Shown here: positions 29,101-44,100 of the stretch, piece by piece
Layout of the letters: the number at the start of each line of letters is the position of its first letter
How positions within the stretch are numbered: position 1 is the stretch's first letter
Source: Eledone cirrhosa
Taxonomy: Eukaryota
Length of the DNA: 64,000 nt
NCBI GenBank assembly: GCA_964016885.1
Contig: OZ024742.1
Location: 70,246,001 to 70,310,000 of the forward strand
Direction: 5' to 3'
Notes under the pieces: generated by a model
Told to the model about the DNA's origin: nothing
Databases searched by the model: none
Seen by the model: only the letters and a program-made list of their open reading frames with translations
Position numbers and translations under genes: made by a program

Positions 29101-32100
29101 GCTTACTTAAACGTTATTTGTCCACTATTTATCGTTCTCCCTGGTTAATTTTCTAAAAACAATGCCCCCAAGAAAAGAACTTTCATTGGTCAATTATCTA
29201 ATGATGCAAGTAGGTCTAAGCGAAGGCGTCTCACCGAAGATGTAAATGCGACTGCGATCAGGCTCTCACAGAATGCTGTGCAGACGGCAGCTGCAAGAGC
29301 GGAGGAGGATGACAGTCAACGTGAACTTTGATGGAACAAAGATGCTGCCGCGACTGCTGCTGCTCGCGCACGAGAGGATGAAGGACGATGTGCCGTTTGA
29401 CGTAGCAGGGATGCCACTGCAACATTTGCTGCTCGCACTCGAGAGGATGAAGAACGGCGCACCGTTTGATGAAGCAGGGACGCCGCTGCAACATTCGCTA
29501 CTTGCGTTCAACAGGGCGAAGGACGACGCACCGTTCGACGAAGCAGGGATGCCACTGCTGCTGCATGAAATACTGAAACCATAGAGCAACGAAGTGGCCG
29601 ACTTCTGCAAAGTGAACAGCGGCGATCATTGTTACGTGGCATTTCTAGGACTTGCAATTCACGATGGTTGTTGAAGGCCTTTAACTACGACCCCTCCTCC
29701 GACTACGCCATCCATGCAGATATTCAAATTGGGGAAATGACCTCTACTTGCCAGTTTTGTCATATGAAAAAGGGGCCAGAGGAGAGAGATGGAATGTGCT
29801 GTTCAAACAGTAAAGTTAGACTACCTCCTATTCACGACCCTCCAGAGACATTGCAACTCCTTTTGACAGACACGAAGGAGGAATCATCGAAGTTTCTGCG
29901 TAATATCTGCTGCTACAATTCCGCGTTTCAGATGACATCCTTCGGAGTAAAGCTTGCCTCGGAACGTGGGTGCATGCCAACTTTCAAGGTCCACTTGATT
30001 GGGTCTATTCAGCCTCTGGCAGAAAAGTATCCTCAATTTCTTCAGTTGTACTTCGTTGGAAACTATCAGGAGCAGGCAGAGATGCGAAACTCTATTTCGT
30101 CCGAAACTAACATTGGAACCATAATAAAACTTCAAGAAATGCTTCATGACAAAAACAGCTATGTTCACAGTTTCAAGTATGCTTTGGAGACAGCCACCAA
30201 CCAAAACTTTAGTGTGGTCATACATGCTGACCGAAGGCCATCTGGAGAACACGCTGGTCGGTTCAACGCACCAACATATAATGAGATTGCTGCGGTTATT
30301 TGTGGTGAACAGCACAAGAGAGATATCATTCTAAAGCACCGAGACAGCACATTACAGCATATCAATGAGACACACAGGTCCTACGATGCACTCCAGTATC
30401 CATTGCTATTTGTCAACGGCGAGGACGGATACCATTTCGGCATTCCTCAACATTCAGCAGGCAATGGTGAGGCACATCTTAGCAAAACTGTCACCTCCAT
30501 GGATTTCTAAGCTTTCCAATTTATAGTCAGGGACAATTCATTCAACCATCTACACCGTTCTCAGGACCTTTTCCAACAATTTGCTGTTGATATGGCCGTT
30601 AAAATGGAGTCCGAGAGATTATGGTTCATTAAATTAAATCAAAAGAAACTTCAATCTGAATGCTTCATTCATCTACGCAATGGAATTAATAACGACGTAT
30701 CCCCAGACAATTTAGGGCAAGTGTGTATTTTGCCTTCAACATTCACGGGGGACCCCGATACATGCACGAGAGGACACAGGACGCCATGACTTACGTACAA
30801 CATTATGAGCACCCCAACCTTTTCATAACGTTTACATGCAATCCCAAGTGGAAGGAGATTCAACCGAACTGTTCCACGGTCAAGCGCCAAGACACAGGCA
30901 CGATCTCATAGCAAGATTGTTTTGCCTGAAATTATCGAAATTAATGGATTTATTAAAGAAAGGACAGGTTTTTGGGCCTGTCAGGTGCGACATGTACACG
31001 ATTGAATGGCAGATGCCACATGCCCATATCTTGATTTGGTTGGTTACAAAAATCAGTTCAAACTACATCGACAAATTCATTTCTGCCGAACTACCTGATC
31101 CGTCGATTGACAAGGACTCTTCTCTATAGTCACATCAAACATGGTCCATGGTCCTTGCGGACATGGACCCAATATGAAGTCCCCATGCATACACGACGGA
31201 AAGTGTACAAAACGATATCCCAGGTCGTTTTTACAGAAAACACAGACTGGCGGTGATGGATATCCGTTGTATAGGCGCAGGAGACCTGAAGACGGTGGGT
31301 TCACAGCAAAAGTTGGTCAGCGCGAAATCGACAACAGCTGGATAGTGCTATATTGCCCCCTCCTCTTGAAAGCGTTCAATGCCCATATAAACGTCGAATT
31401 TTGCAACTCAGTAAAATCAATTAAATACGTTTGTAAGTATGTAAACAAGGGATCGGATGCTGCCGTCTTTGGTCTTCGTCACGAAAACAGTAGAGACGAG
31501 GTATCTGACTACCAAGCAAGCCGATACATTAGCAGCAATGAAGCCTTTTGGCGCATTTTTAGCTTCCCACTGCACCAACGACACCCCGTCATTAAACAAC
31601 TTGCCATTCACCTTGAAAACGGTCAATAGGTGTATTTCAATGATGCAACAGCTGCTCAGCTAGCGATCTCACCAAACGAAACTACACTCACCGTTTTTTT
31701 CAAACTTTGTCTACCCCAACTCCCCCACCCCCATCAACACCACCCCTTTCTCTGTAAAGTTATGTTGGTACCACAACATCCAGTCCTAAATAAATGAGGT
31801 CGTGTAGGTGTCACAACAAAAAAAAACATGCAGTCCACGCTGTAATGTGGCCATGTAGGTAACACGGTAAAAACCTCCCAGTCCACACTGTAAACGTGGT
31901 TGGTGTTATGAAGGGCATCCAGCCGTAGAAAACCTGCCAGACAGTCCTTTACGAGCAATCTTGCAAGTGGGACAATTCCCGTCTAAACCCATGCTAGCGT
32001 GGAAGATAGACATTAAACGATGATGATGATGATGATGATATATAATGCAAAATAGTGTTTACAAAATAACTAACTATAAATAAGTATGTCAATATGACAA

Positions 32101-35100
32101 TATTAGTTTCTGACTAATGGTATTTTAATTATTTTGACAAGTACAGCAGACAACTCTGGGTATGTTTCAATCTTGTTATGACCAAAGTAGAGGTGGAAGA
32201 ATCAATAGATAAATGCACAAGATTGTACACTGGCTGGTTATAAAAATAGAATAGCTTAAAGAATAGAGATGCCATTATCATCATACATCTGGCTTGGATT
32301 AGGCAAAGCCAGTTCTTATTCATATTTAGTGCCCTCAAAGATAGGTTGGAGGACTCTGTCACACAAATGGCTGGTGATAGGAATGGCATCTGGCTGAAGG
32401 AAACCTGCCAAATAGATGATAAGGAGGACTCTTCAGCTGTGTCAAAGGCATGACAAGTTCTCTGGTGAAAGTGCCATGATGCACTCATTAGAGTGCAGTA
32501 ATTTATGCAAGCAAGATGTGGGCCTCCAGCCCATCTGAGTACTTGGTACAGTTCTGTAGTTCTGCTCCAGCACTGACCCAGTCTCTGATGACCTGTCCAA
32601 CTCTTGCTAGCATGGAAAATGTTAAATGATGATAATTCTGATGGTAATGATGATGACTGGATGCCTTTTATTCTGGCCCCAGAACTAGAGAGGTTGTCAA
32701 GTCTTTGACATAACTAAAGAGTTCCTCTCTACCCTATATTGTCTTGTTCAAGAGCTAACACCTTTACAGAGTGTACATCCACATTCAGTATAAAGATGCA
32801 GCGGTCATCTAGAATACTAGTCAATATGATACTTGCTTCAACTTGAAATATGAAACTACTTTTATTTGTATATCTTATGTATCAACTCTGCAGATTTACC
32901 CTTAATATCTTTCGGCTCAATGCTTCTTTACTGTAATGTTCAACAACAATAATAGCAAAAACAGCATTAACTGTAATTAATATCAAAAAAGGCAATTAAA
33001 TATTTTTGATCACTGAGATTTACATCCATTATCATATTTCTACACTGTTTATGATTTTCAAATAGCTTTTTAAATAATCAAGAATTTGGAGGAGTTTAGT
33101 AATATAATTTTCTTATTATTAAACTGGGATTTGGAACAGCATTTGATGGTAAGAGCGCCAGTGATTACTGTTGTGAAGAGAAATAGAAGATGGTTTGGTC
33201 ATGTATTGAGGCAGGATGAAAGTGACTAGGTAACAGGAGTAATGACAATGAATGTGGAAGGAAGTAAAGGATGGGGGAAACCAAGAAAAAACATGGCTAG
33301 GGATGATGGAAGAGGAAATAAAAGCCTGAGGTTGATGAGAAGGAATGCAGATGATAGTGCGAAGTGAAAAAGCTTGTCACAAGGCTAACTGCAGCTTAAG
33401 CAGGGGAAAATGGCTTTAAAACACTTGTTGTTTCTTGGGACATAGCTTAGCAAGATTTTTACTTAAAATTAAAATGAAAGGTATAAATATAAACTTTAAA
33501 ATAACAGCTTAGTATCATAAAACCGGGACTGGTTTCAGATAGTTTGGTATCAAAAGAGTAATATTTTCATCATATACATTTAAGATTGTTGAATTTTAAA
33601 ATATTTTCCCTATAAACAATAGATTTCTAAAACATATAACACAAATGTTTACTTTTCAGACTGTACACATGAAGAGGACAATATAATTATTCCAGAATCT
33701 GCTCCACTCAAACCTTCTATCATTAACAAATCGGCTAATCAGTAAGTTGAAGTCCAATATTTTCATCATCATCATCGTCGTCATTTAGCACTTGTTTTCC
33801 ATGTCGGCATCAGTTGTATGGGTCATCACAACCAAATCAGCAGATAATAAGAGCTAATGTTCCTATCTTACATAATTATCTCACATAATATCGAATCTAT
33901 GAGATTTTGATATTATTTATCTTAAGAACAATACCTTAACATCAGTATAAATGGCCAGTTACAGCCGATTTGAACAGAAAGAGGTGAGACATTTCTGGCT
34001 GGATATGGCTGGTTTGAGATACATTTGCATATTTTTAAAATAAACATTTTGAAATATACTTTTCATGCTAGTTTCATCTTAGTCTGTTCAATCCATTTTC
34101 ATGAAGTTTTGATACAAACACTATAGAACAGTAGTAAATTCTTAACTAGGTAAATTTGCAATACAAATTCAATCCACATATCATTTACCTTAATTTCTAC
34201 AGTTTCCAGCAAAACTTACCAACCAACAGAGGGAAAATCAACAAGAAAGCGTCTGCAAAGGTTTTGAACCTGATAGAAATAGCATCTTAAACAACATTCA
34301 AATAATATCCAGTTTTAAAATAATGTAGACCTAGATACACTATTTCTAAACAGAAGAAAAAATGGTCATCACTAGAATGTTTCTGATTATAAGTTTGCTG
34401 AAGATGTTTTGTCTTGGGATTAAACAACAATCTAGAGAGGGTTAGGTTCTGCCCATCTATCTTAGCATTAAAAGTTTTATCTGCAGTTAACCCAAAGAAC
34501 CATACAAAAGAACTCACATGAAAAATTTTTCTCTACATTTCCATCTTTTATTTTTCTATCTAATTAGATAAAATGGACTATGAAATTTGTTTGGAATTTT
34601 GCAACTCTGTGCCTTCACCATTTGTTCTGTGGTCACAACTGAGTTTTGCAAGGTACAAGGCCTTGCATGTTTGATGTTGGTTAATCATTCTGCATCAGCA
34701 TTGTGTTGTTTCTCTACACCCCAGATAATAACTAAAATTTATTGCTTTCTTCTGTATCTGGAATTAACCTTTTTTTTTTTAAATCACCATTAACCTCTTC
34801 AAAAAACCTTTTCTGATCAGTCATGAATGTACTTTTCTGTCTCTTCTCTGGTTGTACATTGTGATTTTTGCTGCTTTGGCTTTAAGTCTTTGTTTCAGCT
34901 CTTCTAAAGCAACAACCAATCCCTTTCTTCTTATTTTGTACTTCTTGTTTGATTCTTCAAACTTTCGCTCATTTTGTAACTGTCCCTTTGCCTTCCTTTC
35001 AAGAATATTAACATCTGGTCACAACACCTTTATGGTCCCCTGAATGTTTCTTTTCTGCCATGGCTCAGCCGTTTTATTCTTTTTGTCCTTCATACCAAGT

Positions 35101-38100
35101 GTCTTTGCCACATATACTGTGCCATCCTTAATCAAGTCATTTATTTCTGTGATGTCTTTCACCTCAATGTAATAAAGCAAACTGTCGTCTTGGCTAGTCA
35201 CACCCTTTAACCGTTTGATATCCACCTTTTTAAAATCCTTGTAATCAATAAATTTCTCTGGTCATGACTTGATATGTTAACCGCACCAGTTGTTTTTCCC
35301 CACTTTCTGTATCATGGCCACCACTTGTTTTGACTTCTTCATTTCTACCAATTTCTGCATCTTCTATTTCTTCATTCTGACCTGGTTGTGTTACCAGGGA
35401 GCACTGCCAGTTCAAGACAGACTCTACAGGCATGGAAGCGCCGTCAGACAGTTTTCCTGTCTGGTGGCTATGGCAAAAGAGTTTGTGTGGTGGACACAAT
35501 TGAAAGGTCTGAAGACAGACACATTCTATTATGACCAAACCTTCATCGAATTTTTCAAATTCCCTTTGGAAAGGTGGGACAGGGGGAGAGTGAAGTTCTG
35601 TCTCCTCCCCAGTACATTTCTTAAAAAGTGGGTGAATGTAGCAATGATGGCCCTGTGAGTGGACTTACACTGAACATGCACCTCTAAGTTGAAGAGTGCA
35701 GAGAGAGGAGTGGGACACTTTCCCATGAATCTCTTGGTGTTGAGAGTTGTGTTGGATCTGTGTGGTTCCAAAATGAACCCTGGGTGATGCTCCCTGCTAT
35801 TGGGGATTTTTTATTTTTTTTATTTTTCGCTGTTTATTGTAACTTGTTATTAATTGTTTACATGCTTTTATATGCAAATCCACTCTGTCCCTGTCCTTTG
35901 TATTGTTCATGATGTGTTCAGCCTTAGTGGCCAGTAAAGAAATCATTATCATCATTATTACTATTCCCAGGTATGTGCCCACTTTTGATAGCGGTGTAGC
36001 TTCAAGTGCTGATTCTCTAAACACCAAAATTACAACAGTTATGAAGGTATGTGATGTAATTAGTACAATGTAGTAAATTTTGTTATTCACTAAACTTTAC
36101 TGTTTGGTATGATATTTATGTAATTGAGCAGGGTGACATGTACAGCCAGTTGGAAGTGGTATCAAAACTAGTAAGTATAGGATAGTCAGCTGGAATTTGC
36201 AGACAACATGGTACTATTTAGCTCGTCGGAAGGTGATCTCTGACATGCACGATAGGTATGCTGCTGAATGCTGCATGGCAGAAATGAAAATCAGTGCTGT
36301 GAAATCTGAGACACTCATCCTCTCAAGAAAGCCTGTGCTATGCACTCTACATGTGAGTGGAGTTTCACTAAAGCAGGTGGAGAAGTTCAAGTATATCAAG
36401 ACTTCATTCATGAGTGATGGAAGGACGTGGCTGAATTAAGTGCAGAAATTGCAGGAGCTGGTGCAGCAATGCAGCTTCAGCATTTGCTTATTAGAAGAAG
36501 GGAAGTAGGTGTAAAAGCCAAACTTGCTATCTTCAATTTAGTATTCATGCTAACCCTTACCTATGGTAATATTATGCCCTGTGTATTTGTACATTTCTGT
36601 ATATATATATATATATTTGTTTTGCGAGGTTTTTGATATGAAAGCGTGTGTCGAAACAAATATTGTTATACTTGGGGAGGGTCATATTGTTGTAATAATA
36701 TTGCCAGAATTAATAACAGAACACACTCACTGTTTGGTTGGTTTTTGCTTCTGTATCTTTTATATCAGTTAATTCATTTGGTCCTCAATGTTTACCAGTG
36801 ACTGACCAACGGTCAAAAATACAGATTTAATATAGATATAAACACATATATATAGTCTAATAAAGTTCTTTCGTTGCACATCTGCAAAATCGTCAATGGT
36901 GCTATTATGTTCCTCCTGTTGTATTGTATATTTACGCCATCTTTATTTAATCTGTTTATTTATTTATTTATTTATTTTTGTCTTCTCTGCGTTTGCGTGT
37001 GTTTATAGTGTTTGGTGTATGTTCGCGTTTGGGTGACTGTGTTTTGGTTATTGTATTCTATCTTAGTTTACTAGTGTGTGTTTATATGTGTTTGTTGTTA
37101 TTGTGCTTGTGTATATATTTATTTATTTATTTATTTATATTTCTCTTAGGTCAGTATTGTTTGTTTGGGTGTTGTTGTTATTCCATTCATTTTTTCTGTT
37201 TAGCTATGGCCTTCTAAATTCTATTTCACTTGCCTCTCTGATTTGCCTATCTGCTGGGTCATTTCTATGTTGTCTATGTTACCGTCATGTTGTTGTCTGG
37301 CGTGTTTGTATAGTACTGAATCGTTTTTTTGTCCTTTCAATTCCCCCCAGTGTTGGTCTATCCTTTCACCTATGCTACAAGCTGTCTCGCCTATGTATGT
37401 TGTTGTCATGTTTCTGCAAGTACCCTCTGTACATCTTATGCTATAGACTACGTTTCTAGTTTTACAGTTTATCCGTTTATATATATACAAGGTAGACTTT
37501 ACTTCTAACCCCACATGTAAACTACTAAACCCGGCATGCACTGATATGGGACTAGCCAGTAAGGCCATACTTAGAAACATAGTTAAGACCATTAGGACCA
37601 AGTCCAACTGTCCCAGTGGGAGAACAGCGACTCCGTAATTAAGTGGTTTAACTCCTTCAAATCCCAAAAAGTGAAGTTCACACAGTTTGACATTGTTGAT
37701 TTTTACCCGTCGATCTCAGAGACCCTGTTAAACAAAGCGTTGGACTTTGCTACCACTTACACTACCATCCATGGTTTAGACAGAGAAATCATCGCTCACT
37801 GCCAGAAAACCCTCCTCTTCAACAACTGAGTAGCCTGGGCAAAGAAGTCAACGACTTCAGACCTGTTTGACATCTCCATGGGATTATTTGAGAGTGCTGA
37901 CGTATGCGACTTGGTTGGCCTATTTATTTTAGACATATTACGTGTTAGATTCCCGGACTTCCACATGGGAATATACCGATGATGGACTGACCTTATCGAG
38001 CCATAAAAGTGGTCACGACGTCGACCGGTTTAAAAAAGACTTAGTTTCTAGCTTCAATGAGTTAGGACTTAGGATAACAGTAACTACCAACCTCTCTAGC

Positions 38101-41100
38101 GTAGATTTCTTAGACATTAATTTAGACCTTCACACACACGCCTACAGACCTTTCCATAAGTTTAACGAAAAATCAATTACATTCACAAAGACTCATGCCA
38201 CCCTCCCACTGTTTTTAGAAACTTCGTAAATAATATCAGTACTAGAATTTCAAACCTTTCTTCTAATAAGGCTATCTTTGACAGAGCGGCACCTTACTAT
38301 AACACGGCGTTAGCTAACAGCGGCTTCTCGCAACCTATCACTTACTCTCCCACTAACAACAACAGCAATAAGAAAAGAAAGCGTAACAATAGACAAACTA
38401 TTTGGTTCTTTCCTCCCTTCTCACTCAACGTTAAAACCAATGTAGGCAAAAAATTTCTAGCCCTCTTAGATAGACACTTTCCCATAGGTCATAAATACCG
38501 CTCCATCTTTAACCGACACAAAGTAAAACTAGGATACTCCTGCGCTAAGAACATGAAGACCCACATCACCAACAGCCCTAAGAGCAACACTCCACCAGAG
38601 TGCTCTTGCCATAAGCCCGAAGCTTATCCCCTTCAACAGCAATGCAACACACCTGCTGTAGTTTATGAAGCTGTGGTCACTTCCAACCGACCAAATCAAC
38701 TACAGGAGGTCAAATCCTATGTGGTTATGGCAGAGGGCCGATTTAAGGAACGCTTCCTGAACCACCAGTCGACCTTTAGGTACCCGGACAGACGTTCATC
38801 CACAAAACTCACGAGCTATGTATGGTCCCTCAAGGACTCAAGTATAGACTACTCCATTCAATGGAAAGCCATCACTAAGTCCAAGCCATACGCAAGGGGC
38901 AATCCATTGTGTGGACTATGTATTGATGAACAAATAAATATTCTAAAGAGATTACGCAATAGCGATTGCCTAAACTCAAGAAATGAATTCTTCACACATT
39001 GTCCACACGTCTGGAAACACCCCTTACATAACTACAAAGCTCCGGATTGAATTACAACATCCTAATTTTCTTATCAACTAGAAACTTTTGGACTTTCGCA
39101 GTTATCTCTTACACCTCTTGCACGCAATTTAGTATTGCCTGAGGGAAGTGACCATTTCTACGCATGCGCGTTCGTATGGTTGTCCTTCCTGTTCCATATA
39201 ACCATGTCCATTATGAGCTGAGGATCCGCTAAGGTGAAACAATTGTTCTCGGTATGGTGAACTAACTGTTGTGTAACCACTTCTACCTGACTCGTCTCAT
39301 GGACTGAGTGCTCTACCACTACGGATATTACGTTCTAGTGTTCTACCACTATATATATATACACACACACACACACATCTGTCACACTTTAAAATAAGGT
39401 TTCTCTTATGCAAACCATAAACTTATCAAAACACAAATTTCCCAGTTAGTATGATTGTTCATATCTGGTAATCCTGGTATATATGGCATCTCAATTCTGT
39501 ACTCTTATTGATGATTTCTAACATAAGTCATAAATTTGTAGGAAGGAGTGTAGTATATATTGGCCTTCATATTTGACTGGTATCTTATTTTATCAAACTG
39601 TGAAGGATGAAAGATAAAATTATGTACTATGGGATATGAACTCATTATAGAAAAGGACAAAACCAATTACTGCAGAGCATTTATGCTGATGTTCTACTGA
39701 TTTGATTATCCACTACTGTAAAAAAATAATAATAATTCTTTCTAATATTGACACAAAGCCAGCAATTTGCAGAAAGGGGAAAGTCAATTATATCAATCCA
39801 CTACTTGACTGGTACTTTATTTTATCGAATTCAGAAGGATGAAAGACAAAGTTGACCCCAGCAGAATTTGAACTCAGAACATAAAGAGCCATAACAAAAT
39901 GACACTCCAATGATTCTGCCAATTCACTAATAGTAATAATAATTTCTCATTTAGGCATAAGGTGAAGGTCAGCGATTTGTAGTAAGAGGAAAGTTGAATA
40001 ACAATAAGCAGGATTTGTAAAATAAGCTGAAGACTAAAAATTAAAGAGACAAGTGTAGTAGTTTAAATTGCAACCAATATATTGCTGGTATTTATTTTAT
40101 CAAAGCTGGAATGATTAAAAGCAAAGTTGGTATAATAACATATTTATACAAGATTGTCTTTAATTATCTTTAATTATCTATATTGATTTACCTGTTATTT
40201 ATTGAATTTTCATTTACCTGTTATTTCTTGAATTTTCTTTTAGAAAACAGTAAAAAATGTGTCTCCTACAACAAAAGATAAAAGGAGTACTTCACACATA
40301 TGTAAGTTGCTTTTTCACTTTTGGGGATTTGTTTTTTTATTAAAGATAGTCATTGTTGGCAGCTTTCCTTATTGAAGTCTCAGGTGGTGCATATGATGGT
40401 ATTTAGCTATTCAAGCACATTAGCCTCACTACTGCCCATGCTAATGCAGTGAATGGAAAGAGATACTTAAAAAAAAGTTTTAATAGAGAAACACCAGCAT
40501 TCATCATCATCATCATCATCATCGTCATCGTCGTTTAACGTCTATCTTCCAGGCTAGCATGGTTTTAGACGGGAATTGTCCCACTTGAGGCAAGATTGGT
40601 CGTCTCGCTCGTATAGGACTGTCTGGCAGGTTTTCTACGGTTGGGTGCCCTTCCTAACACCAACCACGTTTACAGTGTGGACTGGCAGGTTTTTACTGTG
40701 TTACCTACACGGCCACATTACAGCGTGAACTGTGTTTTTTTTGTTGTGAGAGAGGTGTAAGTGTGTAAGGTCGGAATTTATCAAATCGTCCCAGGTTTTT
40801 CTGGGTCTGCCTACTCCGTAATTTCCGTCAATTTTGATTGCCCTGCACTTTTTTTATACAGCTCTCATCTTTCATGCGCATCACGTGACCATACTAACGT
40901 AGTCTTCTCTCGAGTAAACAGCATCTGATCCCTCTTATACCTAATTTCTCACTTAGTTCATTTATGCTTTGGTGTTCACATATATTACTATTACACATCC
41001 AGTGGAGCAAGCATGCTTCGTTCCTCTCCAGTCTGCGCAGATTCTCTGCACACAATGCCCATGTCTCACTGCCATGTAACATAGCTGTTCGTATGCAGTC

Positions 41101-44100
41101 TGCCTTTCATTTTTAGAGAGAAACCTTTAGTGGCCAATAGTGGTATAAGCTCTCTGAACTTTTTCCATCCTGTTCTGACTCTGGCTACTGTACTTTCTGA
41201 GCACCCTCCACAACTGCTGATTTTGTCACCCAGGTAATGGAAGGTGTCCACCATTTCTATAGAGCCATCTGGGCAATAGAAGGAGCTAGTATCCTGTGGG
41301 CACTTGCTACTTATTGGACCTGAGCACCGGCCACATATAAAATCTACATTCTTAGATAGCTCACCTGTGATCCCACTACATCTTTTATGCACCCATACTT
41401 TGCATTTGGGACATAAAATGGAGTTTCTGCCTACTCCTTTCCTACACACTGAGCATGGCCATTTCCCAGAGGGGACCTGTGCCCTATTTTCCTTACTACA
41501 TACTAGAACTTTAGTCTTAGACAAGTTAACTTTAAGGCCTTTTGATTCTAGGCCATGCTTCCATGTTTGGAATTTCTTCTCTAGTTCAGCCATCGATTCA
41601 GCTATGAGCTATCATCTGCATAGAGAAGTTCCCATGGGCAGCCAGTCTTGAACTTCTTTGTTATAGCCTGAAGGACAATAAAAAATAGGACGGGCCTAAG
41701 GACAGAGTCCTGATGAACACCAACTTTTACGCTAAATTCTTCACTATATTCGTTGTTAATTCTAACCTTGCTGACTGTTTCTTTATACATGGCTTGTATA
41801 GCTCTCACGAGCCATTCATCAACCCCTAGTTTTCTAAGGGCCCATCAGATAATGGCGCAGGGGACTTTGTCAAAGGCTTTCTCCAAGTCAACAAAGGCTA
41901 AGTATAGGGGTTTACTTTTAGCTAGGTACTTCTGTAGTTGTCGTACAAGTTGTGGTACTTTTACCAGACACAAATCCAAACTGCATTTCGTCTGGATCAA
42001 TTTGCTCTCTGATTAGTTGCGCTATAACTTTTTCTGTGACCTTCATGACCTGGTCAATTAATTTAATGCCTCTATAGTTTCCCCTATCTAGGGCATCTCC
42101 TTTACCCTTGTAGCAGTTAATGATAATGCTGCTATGCCAGTCATTTGGTATGACCCCATTCTGTATGACTTGGTTTACTATCCGGGTGACCATAGTGTGT
42201 TCCACCATTCCAGATGCTTTCAGCAATTCAACAACTATCTCCGAAAGCCCAGCTGCCTTGCCTGTCTTCATATCTTTGATTGCCTTACTTATTATACTAC
42301 CTTCAACTTGCACTGCTGGTCCTTCTATTGGATCGATGTGGGGCAGACTATCTTTTCCCCATTTATTCTTCTCATTTAGTAGCCTCTCGTAGTGACACTT
42401 CCAAGCTACCTTCTTATCAGCGTCAGTGATGGCAAGTACACCGTCATCATTACAGACACACTTCTCCTCGACAATATCACGGTTTTCCTTGACACATTGC
42501 CTAGCAATCCTGAACACCTCACGTTTTTGGTCCTCGCGTTGTAGAACATGCTTGAACTTTCTTTCCTCTGCTTCCCTTCTTGCAAAGTACACTTGCTTCC
42601 TAGCTTCCCTCCTGGCCACTTGATAGTCTTCTCTACTTCCCCCATCTCGCCATACTTTCCAAGCCTGCTTTTTGGCCTTGATTGACTCCTCCACCTTACT
42701 GTTCCATCACCATGTTACTCTCCTCCTGCCTATAGGTCTGCTCCAGCCACAGATTTCATCTGTTGCCTTCAGCAGGTTAACTTTCAGGAAATCCCACTGT
42801 TCCTCTATATTGTACGTCTCTAATTGCTCTTCCTTACTGTCAAAAGCATCAAGTAATATGCTTTTAAATTTATTACTGGCTGATGAATGGAGGCACATGG
42901 CTTAGTGGTTAGAGCATTGACCTTGCAATCGAAAGGTTGTGAGTTCAATTCTCAGACCGGGTGATGTGTTGTTTTCTTGAGCAAGACACTTTATTTCACA
43001 TTGCTCCAGTTTACTCAGCTGTAGAAATGAGATGATAGGGACTGGGGTCCCTATCATTCCACTGCAAACTGGTCGTGGAGGTGCCATTGCAAAAAAGCAC
43101 CCAGCACTCACTGTAAATGAGGTTGGTGTTAGGAAGGGCATCCAGCTGTAGAAATCAAGCCAGAATCAGTTCCCGTCCCACCCTTGCAAGCAGGGAAAGG
43201 TGGACGTAAAATGATGATGATGATGATAATGTGTGGTCCTTTAACTTCCATATTCTTCTCCTTAGGGTAGTCCTCCTCTGTTGTCGAGTACGTCTCGTCC
43301 TGACTATGAGGTCGCTAACTATGAGGCTATGTTGGGAGGTGTATTCTTCACGGAGGAGGGATTTAGTGTTTACAACAGACACTCTGTCATGTCTTCTGGT
43401 AAGGATATAATCTATCTGACTGGCGTTTTCCCCTGACTTATAGGTGATCAAGTGATTGTCTCGTTTTTTTAAGTTAGTGTTACAGATAGTTAGGTTATTT
43501 GCGTCACAGAATTCCAGGATTCTGGAGCCTTCCTCATTTCTACTACCAAACCCATAACCTCCATGGATTCCGTCATAACCGTCACAATGTTGTCCAACAT
43601 GACCATTTAGGTCACCAGCAATAATTTTGAAGTGACTGTCGGTTATTTGGGAGGTAGTGAGCATTAGCGACTCATCGAATCTGTCTTTTATAACGCCAGG
43701 CAGTCCGGATTGGGGTGCATATACGGATTTTATTGTCACAGTAGTTCTATTGAGGACAAATCTTATTTTAATTATTCTGTCATTCCCTCTATTTACGTCT
43801 ATTACCCTTATCTACCCATTTTTCTGTTAACATGATTCCTACTCCACCCAGCCCATTGTCATTTCCACCCAGAAAAGTTTATAGCATCGTTTTTTATCCA
43901 CAATGAATCTAGCAGACCCACCCCTCTTGAACACAGCAAACATTAACTTCCTTACGTTCAAGCATCTCTACAACCTCGTTGAGTGACCTTTTAAAGTGCC
44001 TACATTCATGGTACCAACTCTGAAGTTTTGGATTGCGTTTGGTGGGTGGGAAGGATGGGACGCAGGGAGGGGTGAAGGAGATGGGGTTATGTTAGCCATA

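Larger units (their letters stand above)
28171..32039 (+). mobile_element. Composite element: leader shared with RTE 5' end, tandem repeats, Helitron Rep region, RTE 3'UTR
   Basis: 28270-28494 is the reverse complement of 44375-44644; Helitron coding 29162-31710; RTE 3'UTR 31711-32039. The left boundary is tentative. Confidence 0.6.

Noticed and set aside
36855-36900. Minus-strand hammerhead (TTGACGA..TTGCA/TGCAA..GAAA)
   Set aside because: Core C is mutated and stems I and III are unconvincing.
37221-37667. 148-aa novel GIY-YIG gene
   Set aside because: Chance fusion of antisense Naiad-like sequence with the other PLE's endonuclease.
37820-37835. Selenocysteine UGA in the Naiad-like RT
   Set aside because: The in-frame TGA (LLFNN*VAW) is not at an evident Cys position, the Cys motifs use TGY codons, and the copy has other lesions.
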